Below are positions 47,224 through 58,143 of a stretch of 64,000 nucleotides of DNA, piece by piece (positions within the stretch are counted from its first letter, which is position 1; the number at the start of each line of letters is the position of its first letter). The stretch comes from an uncultured Eubacteriaceae bacterium. Its GTDB lineage: Bacteria; Bacillota; Clostridia; Eubacteriales; Garciellaceae. The notes under the pieces were generated by a model that was given only the letters and a program-made list of their open reading frames with translations, searched no databases and had not been told where the DNA came from. Where the stretch lies: the NCBI GenBank assembly GCA_964533275.1, contig CAZHJK010000011.1:5572-69571 (forward strand). The letters are read 5' to 3'. The position numbers and the translations under genes are program-made.

Positions 47224-47318
47224 TGAAAGGAACTTACATTGACTATTCTACTGAAAGAGCTTAATCCTCAACAGGCCGGGGTACAGCATACAGAAGGATA
47301 ATTACTTATTTTAGCTGG
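47224..47318 (+). pseudogene. Diverged duplicate of the pcrA RBS and first ~26 codons
   Basis: gaaaggaacttaca-TTG ACT ATT CTA CTG AAA GAG CTT AAT CCT ... GGG GTA CAG CAT ACA GAA GGA TAA TTA CTT ATT TTA GCT GGG, compared with pcrA 50098-50197 (MSNLLKGLNPEQAQGVQHTEGPLLILAG). One codon is deleted and there is an in-frame stop. Confidence 0.8.
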
Positions 47319-47647
47319 GTGATATTCTTGTATAAAAAGATATTACGAATTGTAAGGTAGATAAATGAATAGTTAAAGAAGGTGAACATATAGGGAGGGA
47401 GTCCTTATATGTATGTTAAAGGTTGAAAGTAAGAGGTTGCATGTAATTATTATATATAGGGAAGATACTTGTAATAATATAATAGAAAATATGGTACAAA
47501 TGAAGGTAAATGGAAAATTATGTAAAAATTTAAATTGATATGAGAAACTACAACAGTAACTTATAGGCAAGTAGTTGCGATTAGTACAACATAAAATTAG
47601 TTTAATATGTATAACGACTACATGTTCATTATGCAAGGAGACCAACT

Positions 47648-49093
47648 ATGAGGATACAAGATATACTTAGAACTATACAAAATAATTTCTATATAGCATT
47701 CATATTGATTGTTATATTAGCAGTACTTTTAGGATTTGGATATTTTATAATATACAAGAAGTTTTTAAAGGGAAATAAAAAGTTTAGTAAGCGAAAGGTT
47801 TTTATTTTGTTTTGCCTTATTGGATATATAATTATGGTTATAGGAGTTACATTTCTAAATAGAGGTGTTAGAATATATGGTGATACAAATCTTCATTTGT
47901 TTAGTTCATATAAAGAAGCTTGGAACTCTTTTAATTCTACAACTTGGAGATTTATTATATTAAATATATTTATGTTGGTTCCTCTTGGGATACTACTTCC
48001 ACTGCTAAATAAGAGGTTTTGTAAATTCCGCTGGATATTTGGGGCGACATTTCTAATGACATTGATAATAGAAACAATTCAACTTATAACAGGATACGGG
48101 ATATTTGAATTAGATGATATATTTAATAATGTACTAGGAGCTATAATTGGATATGGAATTATTATGACGATTATAACTTTTATGGAAAATAGAAAAAGCA
48201 AGTTTAAAAAATCAATAATCTACCTTATTCCGTTGATATTAGTTATAGTTTCGTCTTTTGCAATAGTTGGAGTATATAATTCAAAAGAATTTGGTAATCT
48301 CTACATAGCGTATAATTATAAAATAAATATGAAAAATATAGAATTGAGTTTAAATACAGAAATAGACGAAACCCAAGAAGTATTTTTAAACAATGGTAAA
48401 TACAGTATAACAAAAATTCCAATATATAAGGCACCGATTTATGAAAAAGATAGCGGAAAAGAAGTCTTTATAAATTTCCTAAAGGATAAAGATATTAGTA
48501 AGGAGATAGAAGTGGATCCATACAATGATATGGCTATATATTGGTCAAGGGGAGAAATATCTTATAATATGTGGTTTGACTATAATGGTGGAACCTATAA
48601 CTATAGGGAATTTTCTTCTTTTGATGGTGATATAGAAAGGGCTAATACCGATGAAGGGAATTTATTAAAGGAATTAGAAAAGTTCAATATTATTATCCCA
48701 AAAGCAGCAGTTTTCAGTAAGGTAGATGATAGAAATGAAGATGGGATATATCAATGGTCAGTAGAAAACAATGTAGCTGGGGAATATATAACTAATGGAA
48801 ATTTAACTGTTGAATTCTATAGTGATGAAAGTATAAAGGATATAAGTAATAATATAATAAGATATAAAAAGGTAAAAGATGTATCCATTAAAAGTAAAGA
48901 GGAGGCATATAAAGAATTAAAACAAGGAAAATTTAATCTGTATAAGTCCGAAGATGTAAAAGCCATAGAAGTAGACAATATAAACCTTTCGTATATGCTG
49001 GACACTAAGGGCTTTTATCAGCCAGTATATAGTTTTGAATCAAGGATAGATGGAAGGGATGTAATCATATCAATTCCAGCACTACAGTTCTAG
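47648..49093 (+). CDS. VanZ-family membrane protein with a ~280-aa extracytoplasmic C-terminal domain
   Basis: VanZ-like core (NIFMLVPLGILLP...IETIQLITGYGIFELDDIFNNVLGAIIGY), a further TM, then a soluble domain. AAGGAG RBS. Confidence 0.7.
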   Translation: MRIQDILRTIQNNFYIAFILIVILAVLLGFGYFIIYKKFLKGNKKFSKRKVFILFCLIGYIIMVIGVTFLNRGVRIYGDTNLHLFSSYKEAWNSFNSTTWRFIILNIFMLVPLGILLPLLNKRFCKFRWIFGATFLMTLIIETIQLITGYGIFELDDIFNNVLGAIIGYGIIMTIITFMENRKSKFKKSIIYLIPLILVIVSSFAIVGVYNSKEFGNLYIAYNYKINMKNIELSLNTEIDETQEVFLNNGKYSITKIPIYKAPIYEKDSGKEVFINFLKDKDISKEIEVDPYNDMAIYWSRGEISYNMWFDYNGGTYNYREFSSFDGDIERANTDEGNLLKELEKFNIIIPKAAVFSKVDDRNEDGIYQWSVENNVAGEYITNGNLTVEFYSDESIKDISNNIIRYKKVKDVSIKSKEEAYKELKQGKFNLYKSEDVKAIEVDNINLSYMLDTKGFYQPVYSFESRIDGRDVIISIPALQF

Positions 49094-49138
49094 GGTATAC
49101 CTGTTATAAAATACACTTTAGTGGGTTAATGGTCATTT

Positions 49139-50004
49139 GGGGACGGTGACTTTATTATCCATTATATTCCAATTACTTTAGATTTACTTAAACCTGTGGA
49201 CTTGATTATCTGATTATTAGTTAATCCTTTTGATTTTAGTGTTTTTATAAGGAGAATTCTTTTTTCTACGCTAATTTCTCCTATAGCCTTGATGCCTTGT
49301 ATTCTCATTTCTGTATTGATTATTTCTTCAGCTTCTATATCCGTTCTTTTCACATTATCAATGTTAAGACAAATGGGTTCTAGTTCTTCCTTATTTAGTT
49401 CCTTTACAAACAGATCCACCGCTTTGATCTTATCATTATGTAACATATCTAAGAAAAATCTTGTATCGGTTAGGAAGCTCTTGTTAATATATTCGTGATA
49501 GCTAGACCACCTGTAATCTCTAGGATTCTCCACCACTTTTCCTTTAACTGGGTTATTTAAAATATATTTTAGTACCATAAAGAAATAAGAGTTTGTTTCT
49601 ACGCATTCACTTTTAAAGCGATCCTGAAAGAGATGTCCTACTCGATGATGCTGGTAGTTGTACCAAGCGGCATATTTTCCACAAATTTTCTTCATAATAA
49701 AACTGATTGATATTTCATTCTCTTTTATTAGAAAGTGTGCGTGATTATCCATTAAACAATAAGCATATAGTTCGAAGTTCGTTTCTTCTTTTGTATCTAG
49801 CATTATTTCTAAGAATTTATTTTTATCATTTTTGTCATCAAAAATAACTGCTCGATTAATTCCTCTTATCATAATATGATATGTCTCAGTTGTGCTTATC
49901 TTCCTGGCTGCTCTTGGCAATATCATCACTCCCCCTTTTAATAACAATAATAGCATTTATTACATAAAATTGCTATATATTAGGAGAAAAAAGTCACCGT
50001 CCCC
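49139..50004 (-). mobile_element. RAYT-like unit: Y1 transposase gene bracketed by inverted REP-like repeats
   Basis: ggggacggtgactttattatccattatattcc (49139-70) and its inverted counterpart atatattaggagaaaaaagtcaccgtcccc (49975-50004) flank the gene. Confidence 0.75.
49162..49926 (-). CDS. IS200/IS605-type Y1 (HUH) transposase, REP-associated (RAYT)-like, with a C-terminal HTH extension
   Basis: YHIMIRGINR, HUH motif DNHAHFLI, GHLFQDRF, YILNNP (catalytic Tyr region). The start is set at MILPRAAR after AAGGGGGAG. The stop codon lies inside the REP copy. Confidence 0.8.
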   Translation of the reverse strand: MILPRAARKISTTETYHIMIRGINRAVIFDDKNDKNKFLEIMLDTKEETNFELYAYCLMDNHAHFLIKENEISISFIMKKICGKYAAWYNYQHHRVGHLFQDRFKSECVETNSYFFMVLKYILNNPVKGKVVENPRDYRWSSYHEYINKSFLTDTRFFLDMLHNDKIKAVDLFVKELNKEELEPICLNIDNVKRTDIEAEEIINTEMRIQGIKAIGEISVEKRILLIKTLKSKGLTNNQIIKSTGLSKSKVIGI

Positions 50005-50112
50005 ATATGCCCTTTTAAAAATCTGTCCTTTTAATCCCCCTTAAATTTCTATATAATAAAGTAAGTAAATCGAACATATTGTTTGTTTTGTATTTTAGAA
50101 AGGGGTTACAAA

Positions 50113-52329
50113 ATGTCTAATCTTTTAAAGGGGCTTAATCCTGAGCAAGCCCAGGGGGTACAGCATACAGAAGGACCATTACTTATTTTAGCTGGAGCAG
50201 GTTCAGGTAAGACTAGGGTTTTAACCCATAGGATTGCCTATATCATAGATCAGGGGAAGGCATATCCTTCCCAAATATTAGCCATTACCTTTACTAATAA
50301 GGCGGCAAAGGAAATGAAGGAAAGGGTTTCGAAATTGGTAGGACCAGAGAGTGGGTCCATGTGGGTTAGCACTTTTCACTCTATGTGTGTAAGGATTTTG
50401 CGCAGGGATATTGAAAAGATAGGGTATGATAGAAACTTTGTTATTTATGATACCATTGACCAAAAAAGTGTTTTAAATGAATGTTTAAAGGAGCTTAATA
50501 TTACAGATAAACAATTTCCTATTCCGGGAGTATCCAAAGCTATTTCTGAAGCAAAGGATAAGTTACTGTCTGCTGAGGAATATATAAATCAAAATCAAGG
50601 TGATTATCGCTTAGAAAAAATAGGTTCTATATATCAGCTATATCAGAAGAAATTAAAAAAGAATAATGCCATGGATTTTGATGATTTAATTGTTAATACC
50701 ATTGTACTTTTTAGAGATAATCCAGAGGTATTAGATTTCTATCAGCGTAAGTTTAAATATATATTAGTTGACGAATATCAGGATACTAATTATGCCCAAT
50801 ATAAGTTAGTAAATATGATGGCTCAAGGATATAAAAACCTATGCGTAGTGGGGGATGACGACCAATCAATTTATAGATTTAGAGGGGCAGATGTTCGTAA
50901 TATCCTAGATTTTGAAAAGGATTTTCCTGACGCAAAGGTAATTAAGCTTGAGCAAAATTATCGTTCCTCCCAAAGTATCCTAGATGCAGCTAATCATGTT
51001 ATTAAAAATAATTATGGAAGAAAAGACAAGCGTTTATGGACTGATAAAGGGGAAGGAGATTCTATATATGTTCGCGGGAATATTAATGAAAAAGAAGAGG
51101 GGGATTTCATTGCCCAGGAAATAGAAAAATGTCGAATAGAAGAGAATAGAAGCTATAGGGATTTTGCTATTTTATATCGTACCAATGCTCAATCAAGAGT
51201 ATTAGAGGAATCTCTAATGCGAGCAGGTATTCCCTATCAGATCTTTGGGGGATTAAAATTCTATTCACGATTAGAGATTAAGGACATTGTTGCTTATCTC
51301 ACTTTATTGCTAAATCCCCAGGATGATGTTGCTTTAAAACGAATTATTAATATGCCTAAAAGAGGAATTGGCAAAACAACCTTAGAGAAAATTGAGGCCT
51401 ATGCTGAATTCAAGGATAAAGGAATGTATAGCGTTATTTTAGATATTGATGATGTACCTGGTCTTTCTGAAAGGGTAAAGACAAAGATAAGAAGTTTTGC
51501 TACTATGATGGCTACCTTTATGAGTTTAAAGGAATATGTGGGGATTACAGACTTGATTACGAAGGTTTTAGAGGATACTGGTTATTTAAGTATGCTAAAG
51601 GAAGGCAAGGTTGATAAAGCTGAAATTCGACTTGAGAATTTAGAGGAATTTGTATCCGGAGCCATTGAGTTTGAAGAAAATAGTGAAGATACTAGTTTGC
51701 AGGCATTTCTAGAAAACATTTCCTTAGTTGCCGATATTGATAAATTAGATCATGAGGAAGGTGCAACAGTTCTTATGACCCTTCATAATGCAAAGGGCTT
51801 GGAATTCCCAGTGGTTTATTTAGCTGGTATGGAGGAAGGTATGTTTCCTCATTTTAGATCCCTTACGGATTCTGAAGAGATGGAAGAGGAAAGAAGATTA
51901 TGCTATGTAGGTATTACCCGTGCCATGGAAAAGCTATATATGACCTATGCTAAACAAAGAACTATCTATGGACAGACCACCTTTTATTCTAAATCTAGTT
52001 TTTTAGAGGAAATTCCCTCGGAGTTACTAATTGAAGAAAATAATAGACCTCAGATAAAAGAGAAACATGCTTTTAAAAATAATTATGGAATTAAAAGAGG
52101 TATGAATACAGGTCTTACCCAAACTCCAACTATATCTAATCAGGATATGGAGAATTCTTCTGCTCAAGATATAAGGGCGGGGGTAAAGGTGAAACATGGG
52201 AAATGGGGTATTGGAACAGTGGTTGAAAGAAAGGAACAGGATGGGGATGTAATGGTATCTATTGCCTTTCCCGGAATAGGTATTAAGAAGCTTTCACTTT
52301 CCTTTGCACCATTAACTATAGTGGAGTAG
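50113..52329 (+). CDS. pcrA: ATP-dependent DNA helicase PcrA (UvrD family)
   Basis: AGAGSGKT Walker A, DEYQDTN, VGDDDQSIYRFRGA, TLHNAKGLEF, YVGITRA. Start at MSNLLKG after GAAAGGGG. Followed by ligA, as in other Firmicutes. Confidence 0.95.
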   Translation: MSNLLKGLNPEQAQGVQHTEGPLLILAGAGSGKTRVLTHRIAYIIDQGKAYPSQILAITFTNKAAKEMKERVSKLVGPESGSMWVSTFHSMCVRILRRDIEKIGYDRNFVIYDTIDQKSVLNECLKELNITDKQFPIPGVSKAISEAKDKLLSAEEYINQNQGDYRLEKIGSIYQLYQKKLKKNNAMDFDDLIVNTIVLFRDNPEVLDFYQRKFKYILVDEYQDTNYAQYKLVNMMAQGYKNLCVVGDDDQSIYRFRGADVRNILDFEKDFPDAKVIKLEQNYRSSQSILDAANHVIKNNYGRKDKRLWTDKGEGDSIYVRGNINEKEEGDFIAQEIEKCRIEENRSYRDFAILYRTNAQSRVLEESLMRAGIPYQIFGGLKFYSRLEIKDIVAYLTLLLNPQDDVALKRIINMPKRGIGKTTLEKIEAYAEFKDKGMYSVILDIDDVPGLSERVKTKIRSFATMMATFMSLKEYVGITDLITKVLEDTGYLSMLKEGKVDKAEIRLENLEEFVSGAIEFEENSEDTSLQAFLENISLVADIDKLDHEEGATVLMTLHNAKGLEFPVVYLAGMEEGMFPHFRSLTDSEEMEEERRLCYVGITRAMEKLYMTYAKQRTIYGQTTFYSKSSFLEEIPSELLIEENNRPQIKEKHAFKNNYGIKRGMNTGLTQTPTISNQDMENSSAQDIRAGVKVKHGKWGIGTVVERKEQDGDVMVSIAFPGIGIKKLSLSFAPLTIVE

Positions 52330-52370
52330 GGTACAGTTCCCTTACAACTGTTCCCTGATACCTGGTTTTA

Positions 52371-52408
52371 CTGATAATTGATAACCGATAACTAGTAACT
52401 TGTATAAG
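52371..52408. repeat. Heptad-periodic CTGATAA-like tract
   Basis: ctgataa ttgataa ccgataa ctagtaa cttgtat. Shares ttactgataa...ccgataact with 56727-56746. Confidence 0.6.
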
Positions 52409-52432
52409 GTAGATGTTAGAAAGCAAGAATAA

Positions 52433-54502
<2,070 letters not shown>

Positions 54503-54725
54503 TTATTGAAAGTGTATAAATAAGTATATTTCGAACTAGTCTATTTAAACAATATATTGTCTTATATATATATCCAATTATAGATATAGATGCTTTGTTT
54601 TATGATAATCAAGTATGCAATTTCTTTGATTCACAAAAAATGATACAAGATATATAAAAGTATGTAACAAATTTGTGAAATTAATAGTATCTAATAGAAT
54701 AAGAAGATAATGGGAGGGAATTTCA

Positions 54726-55019
54726 ATGCCCAAAAGTAATATTTCAAACATATTAACTAAAAGTCTTGGGTTTCTTTTAATAATAATGGGTACAACCCTT
54801 CTATTTATTAAGATAATAAGAGATTACATAATATTCTTAGTTCCATATTCCTTTGAATTATTCTTATTGAGTCCAATACTAATAATATTAGGTTTAAATA
54901 TTATATGTAAAAATATAAAGGTAAAGTTTATTAAAATAGGTACTAGACTATTATTTGGAATGGCAATGATTTATTTAATCATTCTTTCAGCAAGCTGGTT
55001 TAGTATTCATAAATTGTAA
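54726..55019 (+). CDS. Small 3-TM membrane protein, hypothetical
   Basis: GGGAGGG RBS, hydrophobic. Confidence 0.55.
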   Translation: MPKSNISNILTKSLGFLLIIMGTTLLFIKIIRDYIIFLVPYSFELFLLSPILIILGLNIICKNIKVKFIKIGTRLLFGMAMIYLIILSASWFSIHKL

Positions 55020-55048
55020 AAAATACTTGACAGCAAGGGGGGTCCAAA

Positions 55049-55609
55049 GTGATAAAGTATAAAAACTTATTTATTATAATCTTAATAACTCTTAGTAGTT
55101 TTTCATTATTAGGCTGTGCACCTACATCGGAATCCATTAAGATTTTAGAGGAGGAACAAGTGAATAATGAAGTTGAGTATGAATCACTCAATCCTTCCTT
55201 AACAAGTAACCAACTTGAAGAATTCCAGGAATATGCTGAAACAGAAAATGAGCAATTACTAATAGATTTATCTCCCATGGATATTTTTAAATACTATTAT
55301 CATGCCTTTAAAATAAATGATTATAAAGTCCTATATGGACTATATATCAAAGGTGAAGCTTATGGGACACCTAGTGAAAGAGAATTTCTAGAAAACTTGA
55401 AGAATAAAGATATTTTACAAATGGTGTTACTTAAAAGATTAGAATATAATATTAAAAGTCTTGCACAAATAAAGTATGATGAGAAAACCTCCTATATACA
55501 GGTAAAATTTAAAGAAGATAATGAACTAACAAAAAGTGAACAATGGAACTTTAAACTAATAAAAAATAATAATAATATATGGAAGTTGGAATGGTTACCC
55601 CTTAAATGA
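55049..55609 (+). CDS. Lipoprotein, hypothetical
   Basis: Lipobox LLGC at aa 20-23. GTG start after AAGGGGGG. Confidence 0.65.
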   Translation: MIKYKNLFIIILITLSSFSLLGCAPTSESIKILEEEQVNNEVEYESLNPSLTSNQLEEFQEYAETENEQLLIDLSPMDIFKYYYHAFKINDYKVLYGLYIKGEAYGTPSEREFLENLKNKDILQMVLLKRLEYNIKSLAQIKYDEKTSYIQVKFKEDNELTKSEQWNFKLIKNNNNIWKLEWLPLK

Positions 55610-55662
55610 GAATAAATAATTGTCCCATCACATAAGAAATAAAAAGGATGTGTAAGGGGGCA

Positions 55663-55821
55663 ATGGATGTGATTTTTACAGATAGTTCTGCTATCATTTT
55701 ATTATCCTTTGTCGTACTATGCTTATATGGTTACTATTATTATAGACAATGCATTAAAAGAGCAAGGGAGCTAATTAAAATATATCTAGGTGAAGTAAAA
55801 TATCAAAGGTTAAGAAAATAA
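55663..55821 (+). CDS. Unlisted 52-aa single-TM protein
   Basis: AAGGGGG RBS 5 nt upstream of the ATG. MDVIFTDSSAIILLSFVVLCLYGYYYYRQC... A strong terminator follows. Confidence 0.45.
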   Translation: MDVIFTDSSAIILLSFVVLCLYGYYYYRQCIKRARELIKIYLGEVKYQRLRK

Positions 55822-55836
55822 TATAACTAAGTATAA

Positions 55837-55868
55837 AAATAATCAGGATTTCTCCTGATTATTTTTTG
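55837..55868. terminator. Bidirectional rho-independent terminator between convergent genes
   Basis: aaataatcagga tttc tcctgattattt, with an A-run before and a T-run after. Confidence 0.75.
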
Positions 55869-55910
55869 ATTATTATAAATAAAACAGACACGCTCCTCCG
55901 GTAGCAGTAT

Positions 55911-56633
55911 CTACATATTTAATTTTTGTCCATCGATTGTAATCTTCACTTTATTTACTGGGACTTGTTTATCTGCCTTATCCATGGCGATTTCCAATGC
56001 TCTTATAATGCCACCACAGCAGGGCACTTCCATAAATGCTATGGTTATGCTGTTAAAATCGTTGTATTCAATCATTTCTGTAAGTCTTTCTACATAGGAT
56101 TGAACATCATCTAATTTTGGACAACCCATTACAACGCTTTTTCCCTTTAATAAATCCTGATGGTAATTACCATAGGCTAAAGGCACACAATCTGCTGTAA
56201 TCAGTAAATCTGAATTTTTTAGATAGGGAGCATTTGGAGGTACAAGATGAAGCTGTACTGGCCATTGTCTTAGCTGGGAACTTATTTTTACATTCTCCTG
56301 CTCATCTTCATTTATATCCATTGTTACCATTCTACTTCCAGGACAACCTCCCATAGGCTGGTGTATAGATCTAGTTGAGTCAGTTTTAGTTTCTAGTTTT
56401 TCAAGGTGTTTGTCTACTGCTTCCTCATCAAATTCATCTGCTTCTCTTTCTATTACATGAATAGCATCTTGAGGACAATGTCCTAGGCAAGCTCCTAAAC
56501 CATCACATAGATTGTCTGATATTAATTTTGCCTTTCCGTCTATTATCTCTATTGCACCCTCTGCACAATTTGGGATACAAAGTCCGCAACCATCACATTT
56601 TTCTTCATCTATAAAGACTATTTTTCTTAGCAT
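55911..56633 (-). CDS. 2x[4Fe-4S] ferredoxin-domain protein with a Cys-rich C-terminal domain
   Basis: CDGCGLCIPNCAEGAI and CDGLGACLGHCPQDAI. C-terminal ...MGCPKLDD...VPCCGG. Confidence 0.7.
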   Translation of the reverse strand: MLRKIVFIDEEKCDGCGLCIPNCAEGAIEIIDGKAKLISDNLCDGLGACLGHCPQDAIHVIEREADEFDEEAVDKHLEKLETKTDSTRSIHQPMGGCPGSRMVTMDINEDEQENVKISSQLRQWPVQLHLVPPNAPYLKNSDLLITADCVPLAYGNYHQDLLKGKSVVMGCPKLDDVQSYVERLTEMIEYNDFNSITIAFMEVPCCGGIIRALEIAMDKADKQVPVNKVKITIDGQKLNM

Positions 56634-56729
56634 ATCTTTTCCTCCTTTTAATATTGGTTAAATAAATTTAATATAGTTAATGAAAAGTTATTTTATAATC
56701 CTGAGTCTTGCGAAGGATCTAAGGTCTTA

Positions 56730-56758
56730 CTGATAACCGATAACTGATATCTGATAAC
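56730..56758. repeat. Heptad-periodic CTGATAA-like tract
   Basis: ctgataa ccgataa ctgatat ctgataa c, in the divergent promoter region. Confidence 0.6.
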
Positions 56759-56881
56759 TACTTTTATTAATTATACTAAATTTTGTGCTAAATATATGTG
56801 ATTAAAGTTACGATTTGATATAATAGAGGAAGTATTAGAATTTCAACTGATTATCAACTTATAGGATAGAGAGGTAAGGAC

Positions 56882-57268
56882 ATGGAAAATACTAAGGGGT
56901 TATTAGAAACCTGCGCTGAATTAACAATGGAAGAATTAGAGGGCTTATCCTTTACAAAGATTTTAGATGGAAAGGAAGAAAATTCTAGATTTATTGGTTT
57001 GGGCATTTTGGATGAAGATGGATATTTATTGGACTATGATGAATTAAAAAAGATATATGCAGGATTAAATTATTTTATTAGAAATGTAAATCCAGGGCTA
57101 ATAGAGAAAATGAATACTCAAAAAGAGCATGAGGACAAAATTCAAAGGGAAAAGGATGAGTTGATAGAATTGGTTAGTAAGAATATAGTGGATAAAGAAG
57201 ATATAGAGGATGAATTTGAAGAAGGAGGATTTTTACATTCTATAAAAAAATTATTTAGAAAAAACTAA
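56882..57268 (+). CDS. Acidic hypothetical protein (128 aa)
   Basis: ORF with a GAGAGGTAAGGA RBS. No family recognised. Confidence 0.55.
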   Translation: MENTKGLLETCAELTMEELEGLSFTKILDGKEENSRFIGLGILDEDGYLLDYDELKKIYAGLNYFIRNVNPGLIEKMNTQKEHEDKIQREKDELIELVSKNIVDKEDIEDEFEEGGFLHSIKKLFRKN

Positions 57269-57304
57269 TATACGAAGTAATAGTGTTGATTAGGAGATGA
57301 TAAT

Positions 57305-57952
57305 TTGAAAAATTCAACTTTATTTTCAGTTTTAACCATAGATGATAAAAAATATCTACAGGAAAATATGGAGGTCAAAAGCTTTAATAAGGGAGATATT
57401 ATATTTACACCCTTGGATAAATGTGAGCATTTAAATATAATAATGGAAGGTCAGATTAAGCTATGCAAATATTCAGCCGATGGGCAGGAGCAAATTCTTT
57501 CTTTTCTTTCGACTGATGATGTTTTTGGGGAGGCTATTGTATTTGAAGGGGGCAATTATGTAGTTACAGTAATTGCAGAAAAAAAGACTATTATAGGTAT
57601 GGTCCATAGGGATATTTTATTGACTTTAACCCAAAGAAACAGAGATTTCACCCAAGAATTTTTTAAAGAGCTTACTAGAAAAATAAAGATTCTTAATAGT
57701 AAGGTAGAAATGCTTTCTCTTAAGACTATGAAACAAAAGATAGCAAGATATCTATTAGACCTTTCGGAGGAACAAAATAAAACAAATATAAAGCTTCCCT
57801 ATACAAAACAAAAAATTGCATTTTTATTGGGAACTTCCCGGGAAGTAATATCAAGAAATTTTAGTGAACTAGAGAATGAAGGCTATATTACCCAAAGGGG
57901 TAAAAATATAATAGTAATCCATAAGAATATGTTGGAGGAATTGTTAATTTAA
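57305..57952 (+). CDS. Crp/Fnr-family transcriptional regulator
   Basis: cNMP-binding-like beta-barrel plus C-terminal HTH (IAFLLGTSREVISRNFSELENEGYI). TTG start after AGGAGA. Confidence 0.85.
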   Translation: MKNSTLFSVLTIDDKKYLQENMEVKSFNKGDIIFTPLDKCEHLNIIMEGQIKLCKYSADGQEQILSFLSTDDVFGEAIVFEGGNYVVTVIAEKKTIIGMVHRDILLTLTQRNRDFTQEFFKELTRKIKILNSKVEMLSLKTMKQKIARYLLDLSEEQNKTNIKLPYTKQKIAFLLGTSREVISRNFSELENEGYITQRGKNIIVIHKNMLEELLI

Positions 57953-58143
57953 AAATGTAGCTATTAAATTTATTTATTAAGATTTCTTTGATTAATTGTG
58001 TATAAATATACACATCAAATTAAAGTTTTAGCAGGATTTTTTTAAAACTTGTAGAATTATACATATTATTATACTAAGATATCTAATTATAAAATTTATT
58101 GTAGAAATTTATCGCAATTTATGATCAATGAGGGGGAAGGATT

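Noticed and set aside
47373-47645. 90-aa minus-strand ORF upstream of the VanZ-like gene
   Set aside because: It is an AT-rich, low-complexity translation (many L/I/F/C) with no RBS, lying in a promoter-like region. Most likely spurious.
43000-50100. Integrase/recombinase or classical restriction endonuclease in the island, and a sortase near the LPQTG gene
   Set aside because: I looked for them on both strands and in all listed ORFs, and found none. The only recombinase-like gene is the Y1 transposase.
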